A stretch of DNA of 64,000 bases from Candidatus Omnitrophota bacterium (GCA_030650275.1 JAUSEK010000001.1:101-64100), one strand, 5' to 3'; positions 40,208 to 52,052 are shown, counted from the stretch's first letter. The notes: generated from the sequence alone by a model not told the origin. Numbers and translations are program-made.

Positions 40208-41106
40208 GCTAACCTCCGGATCGCCCTTAACCGGGCGCTACGGCTGCGCGCGTTGAGGGCGCATTCTTCCTGCGCCGGGCGCAGCGGTTTTTTTGTCAAA
40301 ATTTCCGCCGTGCCCTGGGCGGCCTCGGCGCGGAATTTGTTCTTAACGATACGATCCTCCAGCGAATGGAACGCGATCACGCACAAGCGTCCACCCGGTT
40401 TTAAAGCACCACAGCAAGCGTCCAGGCCGCGTTCCAATGATCCCATCTCATCGTTGACCACGATGCGCAGCGCCTGGAATGTGCGCGTGGCCGGATGGAT
40501 CTTCCCGCGGGTATAACCCTTGGGCAAAGACAGCAGGACACTCCGGGCCAGGTCCTGTGTTGTGGTGATCTTTGCTTCGGCGCGCCGGCGGATGATCGTT
40601 TTGGCGATGCGCCGGGAAAAACGTTCCTCGCCGAATTCCCAAATGACCTGCGCCAGCTTTTCTTCGGGCCACGTATTGACGATGTCCGCAGCCGTCAAAT
40701 CCTGGTTTACATCCATGCGCATATCCAGAGGTCCGTCCTGTTGAAAACTCAAACCCCGCGCGCTGTCATCCAGCTGAAAACTGGATATGCCGAGGTCCAA
40801 CAAAATACCATCGACAGCCGTCACCTGGACTTGGGCCAAAAAACGCAAGACGTCGCTGAAATTGCCCTTTAACAAATCAATCCTTAAGGATAATCCAGCC
40901 AACCGTTTTTCAGCCTCGGCCAGGGACGTGCTGTCGCGGTCAATACCGATCAAATGTCCTTGGGGACCCAACTGTCGGGCCATGAGCACGGCATGGCCAG
41001 CTAACCCCAAGGTCCCGTCCACCGCCGTGCCTCCTTCGGGAAGGGCCAAAAGGTCCATGACCTCCCGCGGCATGACCGGCGTGTGGGCTTTTATGTCAAA
41101 TTCCAC
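40204..41106 (-). CDS. rsmH: 16S rRNA m4C1402 methyltransferase
   Basis: HTPVM, DGTLGLAGH, DLGISSFQLD, FQALRI, FHSLEDR. Confidence 0.97.
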   Translation of the reverse strand: MEFDIKAHTPVMPREVMDLLALPEGGTAVDGTLGLAGHAVLMARQLGPQGHLIGIDRDSTSLAEAEKRLAGLSLRIDLLKGNFSDVLRFLAQVQVTAVDGILLDLGISSFQLDDSARGLSFQQDGPLDMRMDVNQDLTAADIVNTWPEEKLAQVIWEFGEERFSRRIAKTIIRRRAEAKITTTQDLARSVLLSLPKGYTRGKIHPATRTFQALRIVVNDEMGSLERGLDACCGALKPGGRLCVIAFHSLEDRIVKNKFRAEAAQGTAEILTKKPLRPAQEECALNARSRSARLRAIRRLA

Positions 41107-41531
41107 ATGTTCTCCGCGGTCTTCTCAAACTCGGAGCTTGTCCTGTTAAAAAATGCCTGCCAGGTCGCGGTGTCCCAAATTTCAATGCGGTTGGAAACAC
41201 CGATGACCACCGTATCTTTCTTGATGCCCGCAAAGGTCTTGAGGTAATCGGGGATGATGAAACGTCCCTGCCTGTCGGGGAGCACCTCGCAGGCCCCGGA
41301 AAAAAAGATCCGGTTGAAATTGCGGGCCTCCTGCTTGGTGAATGACAGGCCTTTGAATTTCTGTTCCTGGAGCTGCCACTCATGGTCGCTGAACATGAAA
41401 ATGCATCTGTCCAGGCCGCGGGTGACATAAAACTTCTCAATATTGTTCTCACGGGCAATTTCGCGCATGCGCGCGGGCAGGATCAGGCGGCCTTTGTTGT
41501 CAATGCCGTGTATGTGTTCACCGTAAAACAA
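41091..41531 (-). CDS. mraZ: Transcriptional regulator MraZ
   Basis: IDNKGRLILP and DRQGRFIIP AbrB repeats; AAGGAG SD then TTG at 41531. Confidence 0.96.
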   Translation of the reverse strand: MFYGEHIHGIDNKGRLILPARMREIARENNIEKFYVTRGLDRCIFMFSDHEWQLQEQKFKGLSFTKQEARNFNRIFFSGACEVLPDRQGRFIIPDYLKTFAGIKKDTVVIGVSNRIEIWDTATWQAFFNRTSSEFEKTAENMWNLT

Positions 41532-41590
41532 ACAGGGCTCCTTTAGCCAGGCTCCATCCCGCTTCGCGGGATGTCGTAAATGGCCTTCGG

Positions 41591-41661
41591 CCACTTACTC
41601 CACTTTCCACCACTTTATTCCACTTGATGGCAAGTATAAAGGATAGCCCAAGGGTTGTCAA
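41591..41661 (-). promoter_or_regulatory. dcw promoter and MraZ-binding direct repeats
   Basis: TTGACA-17-TATACT (41661-41633) followed by four AAGTGG repeats at 10/10/9-bp spacing (plus-strand CCACTT at 41620, 41610, 41600, 41591). Confidence 0.88.
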
Positions 41662-41683
41662 TACACAAAATATCTTATGTTTA

Positions 41684-42601
41684 TTAGAGAATGCTGCGGG
41701 CTTTGCGTTCGTCCGCGCCGATCTGGCGGACAAGGTCTTGCGGGGTCTTAAAGACGCGTTCGTTGCGGATCTTTTTTATAAAATGGACTTCGAGGGTCTG
41801 GCCGTAGAGGTTTTGGTTGAGGTCAAAAATATACACTTCCAAATGAACGGTCGGCTTTCTCTCCTTGAACGTGGGGCGCACGCCCAGATTGGCAACGCCG
41901 CGCCGTATTTCTCCTTTGACGTCCACCCGCACGGCATAAACACCATGAGGCGGTAAAATGTTGGGTCCCAAGCGCAAATTTGCCGTCGGATATCCCAATC
42001 TCCGGCCGCGGCCGCGGCTTTGCACCACGTCGGCCATGACTGAAAACGGCCTGCCCAACAAGCGTTGGGCCGCGCTCAATTTCCCCGACGCTATCAAGCC
42101 GCGCAAACGGGTGCTGCTGATGGGTTCGCCTCCGACTTTTAAAGGTGCCACTCCATGGGCAACATAACCATATTGTTCACCCAAACGCTTAAAAAGAGCG
42201 ATGTCCCCGCGGCGGTCTTTGCCGAAACGAAAATCTTCCCCCACAAAAACCGCCTGGACGCCCAAACGCCCGACGAGAGCGCTGCGGATAAAGGTCTCGG
42301 GTCGGATGGCGGCAAAGGCCCGCGTGAAACGAATGACGATGCAGACCCTGACCCCGAGCGTTTCCAAAAGTTTGAACCGGTGGCGCAGAGAAACTAAATA
42401 ATCGATCTTGGCGGACGAAGACAAAACATGGGCAGGATGAGGAAAAAAAGTAATGACAACCGGCACGGCTTTCCGGCGGCGGGCCTCTTTCACCATGGCC
42501 GCCAGCAGCATTTGATGGCCGCGGTGCACCCCGTCAAAAATACCGATGGCAACGCAGGAGCGTTTAATTTTGACCCGGCCAAGACCGGATATGACCTTCA
42601 T
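41684..42601 (-). CDS. ribF: Riboflavin kinase/FAD synthetase
   Basis: GIFDGVHRGH, GEDFRFG, ISSTR, GYPTAN, GVRPT. Confidence 0.97.
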   Translation of the reverse strand: MKVISGLGRVKIKRSCVAIGIFDGVHRGHQMLLAAMVKEARRRKAVPVVITFFPHPAHVLSSSAKIDYLVSLRHRFKLLETLGVRVCIVIRFTRAFAAIRPETFIRSALVGRLGVQAVFVGEDFRFGKDRRGDIALFKRLGEQYGYVAHGVAPLKVGGEPISSTRLRGLIASGKLSAAQRLLGRPFSVMADVVQSRGRGRRLGYPTANLRLGPNILPPHGVYAVRVDVKGEIRRGVANLGVRPTFKERKPTVHLEVYIFDLNQNLYGQTLEVHFIKKIRNERVFKTPQDLVRQIGADERKARSIL

Positions 42602-43232
42602 TTAAGTCCTCAAGTTTGACCGCGTCCTTGATGTCAAAAGGCCCGACCTTGGTCCGCTCGATCTGGCTGATGCAGGCACCGCACCCAAGGACATCGCCCA
42701 CATCTTCGGCCAATTGGCGGACATAGGTGCCCTTGGAACAGGCCATAAAAAATTCCACTTCTGGAAGGGCGAACGACAACAGCCGCACCTCGTCCACGCG
42801 CACCTTGCGGGCCGTGCGTTCAACGCTTTTGCCCTCGCGGGCGATCTTATAAAGCCGCTGGCCCTGATGCTTCACCGCGGAAACCATGGGCGGTTTTTGT
42901 TCAATGTCCCCCACGAAACCCCTGAAAACCTCTTCCACGCGCGAACGCGTGATCCCGGAAAACGGCTTTTCCTCAATGACCTGGCCCATGATATCAGCGG
43001 TGGTGGTCTTGGTGCCCAAACGCAAGGTGGCGCGGTAGGACTTGTCAAAAGCGACAAAACGGTCGAACAGCTTGGTGGACTTCCCCAAAAGCATCACCAG
43101 CACACCGGTGGCCAAAGGGTCCAGCGTCCCGGCATGCCCCACCCGGCGCATCTTGAATTTCCTGCGGATAAAGCCGACCACGTCGTGGGAGGTGATCCCC
43201 GGCGGTTTATTGACGACAATAACGCCTTCCAT
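42564..43232 (-). CDS. truB: tRNA pseudouridine 55 synthase
   Basis: NKPPGITSHD, GHAGTLDPLATG, CSKGTYVR. Confidence 0.97.
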   Translation of the reverse strand: MEGVIVVNKPPGITSHDVVGFIRRKFKMRRVGHAGTLDPLATGVLVMLLGKSTKLFDRFVAFDKSYRATLRLGTKTTTADIMGQVIEEKPFSGITRSRVEEVFRGFVGDIEQKPPMVSAVKHQGQRLYKIAREGKSVERTARKVRVDEVRLLSFALPEVEFFMACSKGTYVRQLAEDVGDVLGCGACISQIERTKVGPFDIKDAVKLEDLNEGHIRSWPGQN

Positions 43233-43244
43233 GTTCCCGCCTTT

Positions 43245-44216
43245 TTAAGCGCTTTTAAGCTGCTTCGCGCAAGCCGCCAATATTTTTTTCCGGGCGGTCA
43301 AAAGACCCGCGTGCACCTTGCACCCGGCGGCCTTGCGGTGGCCTCCCCCGTCGAATTGCTGGGCCAAGACCGCCACATCCATTTTGCCCTGACTGCGCAA
43401 ATTCACCCTCGTCATCTTGGAATTCACTTCGTTCAGGATAATGACCGCTTCAATGCCTTTCACGTTCCTTAAAAAAGTAAAGACCTTCTCCTTGAGGTCA
43501 AACCCTTTGGAAAAAAGGTCCGCCGTGCGTTTGGGGATGGGCGCGCAATACACGCGGCCGCCCAAAACAAGTTCGGCCTCATAAATGAGTTTGGAAAAAT
43601 GTTTCATGTCAGCGACGGGGATTCCGGGATAAAGTTTTTCATTCAAAAACGGCGCCTTTAAACCAAAAGCCATGAGTTCACCCGCGATGGCGTGGGTGCG
43701 GCTGCTTGTATTTTCATATTTGAACGAACCCGTGTCCGTCATGATGCCGGCATACAAAAGCAGGGCCATGTCCTTGTCCAAACGGACCTTCGCCCGCTCA
43801 AACAGGCCGAACAAAACTTCGCACGTTGAAGACGCCCTGGGGACAACACAGTTGACGGAACCAAAACGGTCGTTGGTCACATGATGGTCGATATTGATCA
43901 CAGGTTTGCCTTTGACCAAAAGTTTTCTCACCCCGCCGATACGCTCAAGGTCTCCGCAGTCCAGGACAATGGCCGCCCCATAGTCAAACGGTTTAACGCT
44001 GGAGGCCTTTTTGAAAAGCCCGGCCTTGGGCAGGAATTTCAACCAATCAGGCAGATCGTTCTCGTTGACAACGACGGCGGACTTTTTCATTTTCTTAAGC
44101 GCCAGCACCATGGCTAAAACGGAAGCCGCGGCATCCGTGTCAGGGTTACAATGGCAGGTCACCAAAAACGTCTTGTGCCGGCGCACAACGCGCAGGACAT
44201 CATCAAACGCTTTCAT
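43245..44216 (-). CDS. nrnA: DHH/DHHA1 oligoribonuclease NrnA
   Basis: HCNPDTD, IDHH, TDTGSF, GGGHRKAAG. Confidence 0.93.
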   Translation of the reverse strand: MKAFDDVLRVVRRHKTFLVTCHCNPDTDAAASVLAMVLALKKMKKSAVVVNENDLPDWLKFLPKAGLFKKASSVKPFDYGAAIVLDCGDLERIGGVRKLLVKGKPVINIDHHVTNDRFGSVNCVVPRASSTCEVLFGLFERAKVRLDKDMALLLYAGIMTDTGSFKYENTSSRTHAIAGELMAFGLKAPFLNEKLYPGIPVADMKHFSKLIYEAELVLGGRVYCAPIPKRTADLFSKGFDLKEKVFTFLRNVKGIEAVIILNEVNSKMTRVNLRSQGKMDVAVLAQQFDGGGHRKAAGCKVHAGLLTARKKILAACAKQLKSA

Positions 44217-44583
44217 CAGCACCCTCCTCGCCGTTGGAACTCAATTTCTTGATCTCCTCCAGGGCCCGGTCGATCTGTTGGGCATGATGCACGGACTTAT
44301 CATAGATGAACAGGAACTCCGGGGTGGCGCGCATGACCACGCGCTGGCTGATGAGTTTACGGATATACCCCCGGCAACTGTCAAGCCCCTCGGCCGCGTC
44401 CTTGATGTCCTCGGGGTCCTCGGACAGGGTGCTGAACTTGACCTTGGCGCGCTGAAGATCTTTGCTGACCTCAACGCCCATGATGGTGACGAAAGCGACG
44501 CGCGGGTCGTTCAAGTGCCCCAGCAGGATCATGTTGCCGAGCTCGCGTTTGATGGCTTCATTGACTTTTTCAATCCGTGACAT
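44203..44583 (-). CDS. rbfA: Ribosome-binding factor A
   Basis: LNDPRV, VSKDLQRAKV, RATPEFLFIYD; start reassigned to 44583. Confidence 0.95.
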   Translation of the reverse strand: MSRIEKVNEAIKRELGNMILLGHLNDPRVAFVTIMGVEVSKDLQRAKVKFSTLSEDPEDIKDAAEGLDSCRGYIRKLISQRVVMRATPEFLFIYDKSVHHAQQIDRALEEIKKLSSNGEEGADESV

Positions 44584-45295
44584 GCGGTCTCCTTTGCGCG
44601 CCCCAGGCCTTAAGATATTCAAGGGCCGGCGCCGGGTCATCTTCTTTAAGGATCTTGTCCAATTCTTTGGAATATCTCTGGACTTTAAGGGCATCAACGG
44701 CCCCGGCGCGCACGGCCTCTTTGAGCAATTTCAATGTCCCGGGTACAACGGTAAAACGCAAGCGTCCCGCGAAACGCGCGGCCCGCAGGACCCGCGTGGG
44801 ATCATCCATGAAACTTTTGTCGTGCAGGACGCGGATCTTTTTTGAACGCAGGTCAGCCCTGCCGTTGAAAGGGTCCCTGATCTTCCCCCATGCCGCGGCA
44901 TTCAAGACGACGGCCATGGCGTTAATGGTAAAATCCCGGCGGAAAAGGTCGTCGCGCAGAACCGAGGCGGTCACCGACGGCAAAGCGCCGGGACGGGCAT
45001 ACGTTTCTTTGCGGGCCGTGGCAAAATCAACGGCACGCCCGTTGGGCAAAAACACGGTGGCGGTCTTGAACGCCGGATAACGGACTATTTTGGATCCCGC
45101 ATGTTTGGCCGCGAACAATCCTGCGAGGCGCATCCCCTGGCCTTCAACGGTGATATCCAAATCAATGCTGGGGGCTTTCAACGCGAGATCGCGCACCGGC
45201 CCGCCGACCAGATACGCGCGCATCCCGCTTTCATCCGCCAGAACGCCTATCTGTCTCACCAATGCCAGCGACTTTTTGTCCAATCGTGATAACAA
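44570..45295 (-). CDS. Short class II tRNA nucleotidyltransferase (CCA/A-adding core)
   Basis: VGGPVRD, DLD, DFATAR, RRDFTINA, DDPTRVLRAARF; TTG start just after xerD stop. Confidence 0.88.
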   Translation of the reverse strand: MLSRLDKKSLALVRQIGVLADESGMRAYLVGGPVRDLALKAPSIDLDITVEGQGMRLAGLFAAKHAGSKIVRYPAFKTATVFLPNGRAVDFATARKETYARPGALPSVTASVLRDDLFRRDFTINAMAVVLNAAAWGKIRDPFNGRADLRSKKIRVLHDKSFMDDPTRVLRAARFAGRLRFTVVPGTLKLLKEAVRAGAVDALKVQRYSKELDKILKEDDPAPALEYLKAWGAQRRPHVTD

Positions 45296-45296
45296 A

Positions 45297-46180
45297 TTAT
45301 CCCCTGGGATGAAACTGTTTGTGCACGCTCTTGAGCCGCTCTTTGTCCACGTGCGTGTAAATTTGCGTCGTGGCGATGTCCGCGTGGCCGAGCATTTCCT
45401 GCACAGAGCGCAGATCCGCGCCATGTTCCAGCAAATGGGTGGCGAAGGTATGCCTCAACGTGTGCGGCTTGATGTTCTTTTTGATGCCCGCCAGCCGCGC
45501 GTATTGCTTGATGATCTTCCAGGCCATGACCCGCGACATCTTTTTGCCCTGCTGGCTTAAGAAAAGCGCGTCGCTTTCCGTGGTTTTCAATGATCTGGGA
45601 CGGATGTGTCCGCAATAATAGGCAATGGCTTCCCGCGCTTTCCTGCCGACGGGAATGATGCGCTCCTTGCTGCCTTTGCCGATGGCGCGCACAAAGCCGG
45701 CTTCCAAATTAACGCTGGCGACCTTCAGGTCCACCATTTCCGAAACGCGCATGCCGGAGGCGTAAAAAAGTTCCAGCATCGCGTAATCGCGTTTATGATT
45801 TTTTCCCTTGGTCTGCGCCGCCCGCAGGATCGCTTCCATCTCTTTTTGCGTCAATACCTCGGGGATCCGCGCCCATTGTTTGGGCGTATCCACCAGGGAA
45901 GTCGGATCTTCCTTAGCCAGGCCGTCGCGCACCAGAAAACGGTGGAACATTTTGACGGCGGCCAGGTTCCTGCAAATACTGGACGTGGAGAGGCCCGACT
46001 TCTTGAGTGTTTGCAAAAAACCGGTGATATGCTCCGAACGGACAGTGTCCGCATTTTTGACGCCCTGGCCGGCCAATAATTTTACATATTTTTCCAGGTC
46101 CAGCCGGTAGGCCGCAAGCGTGTTCTTTGCCAGACCGCGCTCAACGGAAATATAGTTGATGAATTCACCGATGAATTCCT

Positions 46181-46184
<4 letters not shown>
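45297..46184 (-). CDS. xerD: Tyrosine recombinase XerD
   Basis: ERGLAKNT, SGMRVSE, GKGSKER, HTLRHTFATH, LGHADIATTQIY. Confidence 0.95.
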
Positions 46185-48782
<2,598 letters not shown>

Positions 48783-48792
<10 letters not shown>

Positions 48793-48935
48793 ATCATATA
48801 TCTGATTATTTTAACATCCCGACGGTATTCCGTCAATCCTTTGTGGGGTGTTGCGCATCTCGTGCGCAAGCCTAACCTGCTCATTGCAAAAGATATGGGC
48901 GGTATCCGGACGCTTCCTTTGCGGTAAACGCCCAT
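48783..48935 (-). pseudogene. Possible tyrosine-integrase N-terminal stub
   Basis: GGGAGG SD then MGVYRKGS..., similarity lost after about 8 residues; 50-aa frame ends inside the tRNA. Confidence 0.3.
48808..48836 (-). promoter_or_regulatory. Promoter of tRNA-Pro-ligA operon
   Basis: TTGACG-17-TAAAAT. Confidence 0.75.
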
Positions 48936-49079
48936 ACGCCCTCCCGTCTAAATGTCCGTCATTTTAAATGTTTTTGGGGGAAATATTTTGTTCAACCGAC
49001 CGGGGAAATCGGCTACTACACCTATATACTAATATAAAACCAGAACCTGTCAATTGTTCTTGTGACGCCATTTGTTCTT

Positions 49080-50291
49080 TCAACTTTCACTAACTCTAAA
49101 AGATCGTATTGAATTTATCTTTTCGTTTATTTTAAATGTATGCTCATCAAGATCGTTAACAAATTCCTCAATGCTATCTAATTCTTCATCTGTAAAGCTG
49201 CGGTGTTCATATCGCAACATTCCATTGATGAGTCCCAAGAGATCACTAAACCCATGTCTTTGATACGGCTCTAGCAACCTATCTTCGGCTTTTCTTTGCC
49301 AAAACATGTATGGGGGATTCTTTTTCTTGCTCAAGCTTATTTTTGCAGTACTTAACGCGTTGGTGAGGCGCCCGACCCTGAAAAGCACATAGAAAATAAT
49401 GTAACTGACACAATAATATTCCTTGTCTCTGCTAAGTCGGGTGAGCAATGCTTGAACGAATAATTCTCCGTCTTTCTCATCCCTGAAAGATTTAAATAAC
49501 TTAACTAATGCATCGCCGTTCTCAGACTGCACAGTTGCCCCTTGGGGATCATTTAATATTTCTTGCCGCTCTCCAGATTTACTACTCGTCCAACTATCCT
49601 GATAGATGCTTTTAATTTGTCTCCCTTGGCATAATGCGTATATACTACCCAACTCTCCTGATTGACGCCCGTATTTTTGATAACGACTAATTTCATCCTT
49701 AAGAGTAGCTGCCACTTTTCTTTCTATTTGATTTTGTAACTTATAGATTGCTTCCTCTGTTAATTTAATAGGTATAAATCTTTTCTTTTTATCTGATTTA
49801 AATTCAACGTTCTTTAGAATGCGTTTCTGTCCATATTGATCTACGAAAATTATGTCTGCTTTGAAATCCTTCCCTTCCTTGCAAAATGGTGGGCAAATCC
49901 AGAAATCTGCGTGTAGGTCGGTAGTCGCGCGTGGAGGAATAGGGTAGTCTCCGTGATATTCACTGTGCACATCTTTAAGCGATACATGTCCTTGATTTCT
50001 AGGCTTCTTGATGTAAACGTTTAAGATGCTAATCGGTTGGTCTGTTGGATTTGTTACGTACCAATAACCCACTATCTGCATGGCGGGTTTTTGATCACCG
50101 GTGCTCCCCATGTGCCACCAGTTAAATCTGTAATGAGGAAGGATGATTGGACGGTTTAGCCAATGCCTTATCCATGGGAATATGGCCCCTAATTTCTCCA
50201 ATATACTGTTCAGCGATGCCAAAGATTGACTGAGTATTCGAGCCCAAAACTTTACATCGCTATCTGTGTTTAAGTTATTATTTTGAGTCAT
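49080..50291 (-). CDS. Hypothetical protein, AT-rich, accessory
   Basis: 403-aa open frame in visibly AT-rich DNA; no family recognised. Confidence 0.8.
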   Translation of the reverse strand: MTQNNNLNTDSDVKFWARILSQSLASLNSILEKLGAIFPWIRHWLNRPIILPHYRFNWWHMGSTGDQKPAMQIVGYWYVTNPTDQPISILNVYIKKPRNQGHVSLKDVHSEYHGDYPIPPRATTDLHADFWICPPFCKEGKDFKADIIFVDQYGQKRILKNVEFKSDKKKRFIPIKLTEEAIYKLQNQIERKVAATLKDEISRYQKYGRQSGELGSIYALCQGRQIKSIYQDSWTSSKSGERQEILNDPQGATVQSENGDALVKLFKSFRDEKDGELFVQALLTRLSRDKEYYCVSYIIFYVLFRVGRLTNALSTAKISLSKKKNPPYMFWQRKAEDRLLEPYQRHGFSDLLGLINGMLRYEHRSFTDEELDSIEEFVNDLDEHTFKINEKINSIRSFRVSES

Positions 50292-50554
50292 TCCGCCTTT
50301 AGTTCTTTGAACCGTTTCCAGGTATCTTATTTATTCGCTAATGATTCTGATGAAATGTACCCATTATGCCAGAAACAAAAACCCTCCGCAATTCATTAAA
50401 ATCGCATGGGTTTATATACAAATAGCCTCAAATCTAATTCAAATTCTGTCCTCCCAAGTACCGGTTCTGCCTCCATTGCCTAACATTGAATTGTTCAAAA
50501 ATAAATCCTCCCCGTCCTTACCCTATTCTCTCCTCTCCCATGTCGCAAGGGGTA

Positions 50555-50611
50555 GTTCAAGACCCCACTCACTCATAAAAAACTTATAGTAGAGTGTGTG
50601 GGGTCTTGAAC
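50555..50611. repeat. 20-bp inverted repeat
   Basis: gttcaagaccccactcactc -17 nt- gagtgtgtggggtcttgaac, 1 mismatch. Confidence 0.8.
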
Positions 50612-50659
50612 GGTTTTGAGCGCTTTTGCCCAAAAACCCCGTGCAAATGGGAGAAAAAA

Positions 50660-50735
50660 GGGCACAAATTAGGCACAGATTTGTGCCTGATCTGTGCCCA
50701 AACTTGCGCCCTTGTTTGTGCCTAATCTGTGTCTA
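50660..50735. repeat. Phased 11-bp GGCACA/TGTGCC repeats
   Basis: GGCACA at 50661, 50672; TGTGCC at 50682, 50693, 50717; TGTGTC at 50728. Confidence 0.7.
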
Positions 50736-50790
50736 TTTTAGACTATAGCTCAAAGAAATAGTACCTACGATTATCTTTTTACATAACGAA

Positions 50791-50946
50791 TTAGTAGGCC
50801 AACCCTTCTCCAGTCCGTATTTGAAGGTTAAGCGCCACACTTGTTGTTAAACAAGCAGAAACAAGCACTACGAGTACCTTTATACGCAACCTGGCCTTTA
50901 CACGGCTCACCACCTCTATGCCACAGTTCAGTTGAGGATTTTGCAT
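50791..50946 (-). CDS. 51-aa basic/hydrophobic peptide, candidate type I toxin
   Basis: GGAAAGGAGA SD 7 nt before ATG; MQNPQLNCGIEVVSRVKARLRIKVLVVLVSACLTTSVALNLQIRTGEGLAY; 20-bp IR joins 5' UTR and ORF end. Confidence 0.45.
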   Translation of the reverse strand: MQNPQLNCGIEVVSRVKARLRIKVLVVLVSACLTTSVALNLQIRTGEGLAY

Positions 50947-51081
50947 GTTGCCCTCTCCTTTCCCGGACTGCGGAAGGGTTGGCGCTTGGCGATGTGCCAT
51001 TTATAGAATTTTAATGTTGTGAAAAGGGCTTTTGTCGAATTTCGAACCCGATGTCGGACATACGCAACGAAAATGCAATTC

Positions 51082-51492
51082 TTAGGGCTTTATCATCTGT
51101 TTTGTTTTTTGGATAACCTGGCTGACAAAAGCAATATAATCATCCGCTTCTTTCTTGGTGATCGTGCCGCCGGCATCGTAAAGGTCTTTATTACGCTTCA
51201 TCCGCATGGCATTGCCAACCGTAAAGACATCTGGATCGCCTAGAATTTCACTCAACTTAAGTAATATCTTAACATGATGCCCGGTCACGCTCCTGACCTT
51301 AACCCCGCCCTTCTTTGCCAAAATAGCCATGCCGATCTTGATCAATGCCTGATAACAATAGGTAAATTGGACTTCCCTAAAATGGTCTTTCTGGGCAATA
51401 TCCAGATCACGCATGGCGCTTTCAACATAACGGTCAATTTGGGCCGCCGTAAATTTAAACTTCTGAAAGAACTCCTGTTCAAATGAGATCAT
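51082..51492 (-). CDS. HEPN-like domain protein
   Basis: Helical, AMRDLDIA, YQAL, GHH, RMKRNKDLY; ATGA-coupled to upstream nucleotidyltransferase. Confidence 0.8.
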   Translation of the reverse strand: MISFEQEFFQKFKFTAAQIDRYVESAMRDLDIAQKDHFREVQFTYCYQALIKIGMAILAKKGGVKVRSVTGHHVKILLKLSEILGDPDVFTVGNAMRMKRNKDLYDAGGTITKKEADDYIAFVSQVIQKTKQMIKP

Positions 51493-52031
51493 ATGATCCT
51501 CACGGTTTTCTTGGATTCAATAGACTTTAAAAACGGATCCTTCCCTTTTTTATCATTGTACTCCTGAAGCGACATACTGACGGCATTAATGTCTCTTTGG
51601 GTAGACTTTTGCACCTGTGCAACCGCCTTTTGAAGTTCTACGGTACTATGATCTCCAACAACCAAAAAATCAATGTCGCTATGGGAATCCATCTTCTCCT
51701 GGGCATAGGAACCAAAAATAACGGCTTTTTTAATACCAGAAATAGTGCCAAGTGAAGTCTTTAATACCTGCTCCAGACCAATGGTCTTTAAAACGATGTT
51801 TTTATACTCCTTTAACAACGGAAAGCTCTTATTTAACGAATAATACCGCTGTTTGCCCTGCCAGCGGCTTTTTAAGAGGCCCTCTTTTTCAAGGACGATC
51901 AGTTTACGGGTCAAATTACCGCTCTCTGTATGGAGGATCCGGGCTAGGTCATTGACATAAACCTCAAACCCTTGTTGCAGCATGAAATAATTGAGGATTT
52001 GTTGAGAAACTTTAGAGCGCAGGCTGATCAT
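51489..52031 (-). CDS. Winged-HTH plus minimal nucleotidyltransferase (MNT) protein
   Basis: YVNDLARIL...NLTRKL..LEKEGLL HTH; IFGSYA...SDIDFLVVG. Confidence 0.9.
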   Translation of the reverse strand: MISLRSKVSQQILNYFMLQQGFEVYVNDLARILHTESGNLTRKLIVLEKEGLLKSRWQGKQRYYSLNKSFPLLKEYKNIVLKTIGLEQVLKTSLGTISGIKKAVIFGSYAQEKMDSHSDIDFLVVGDHSTVELQKAVAQVQKSTQRDINAVSMSLQEYNDKKGKDPFLKSIESKKTVRII

Positions 52032-52052
52032 AGGAATTGCCTCACTGTGTTG

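Noticed and set aside
50341-50589. 82-aa plus-strand ORF in islet
   Set aside because: No SD or motif, and it ends inside an inverted repeat; likely chance.
50798-50983. Retron msr-msd bounded by a1/a2 inverted repeats
   Set aside because: No reverse transcriptase (YxDD) gene is adjacent or anywhere in the window.
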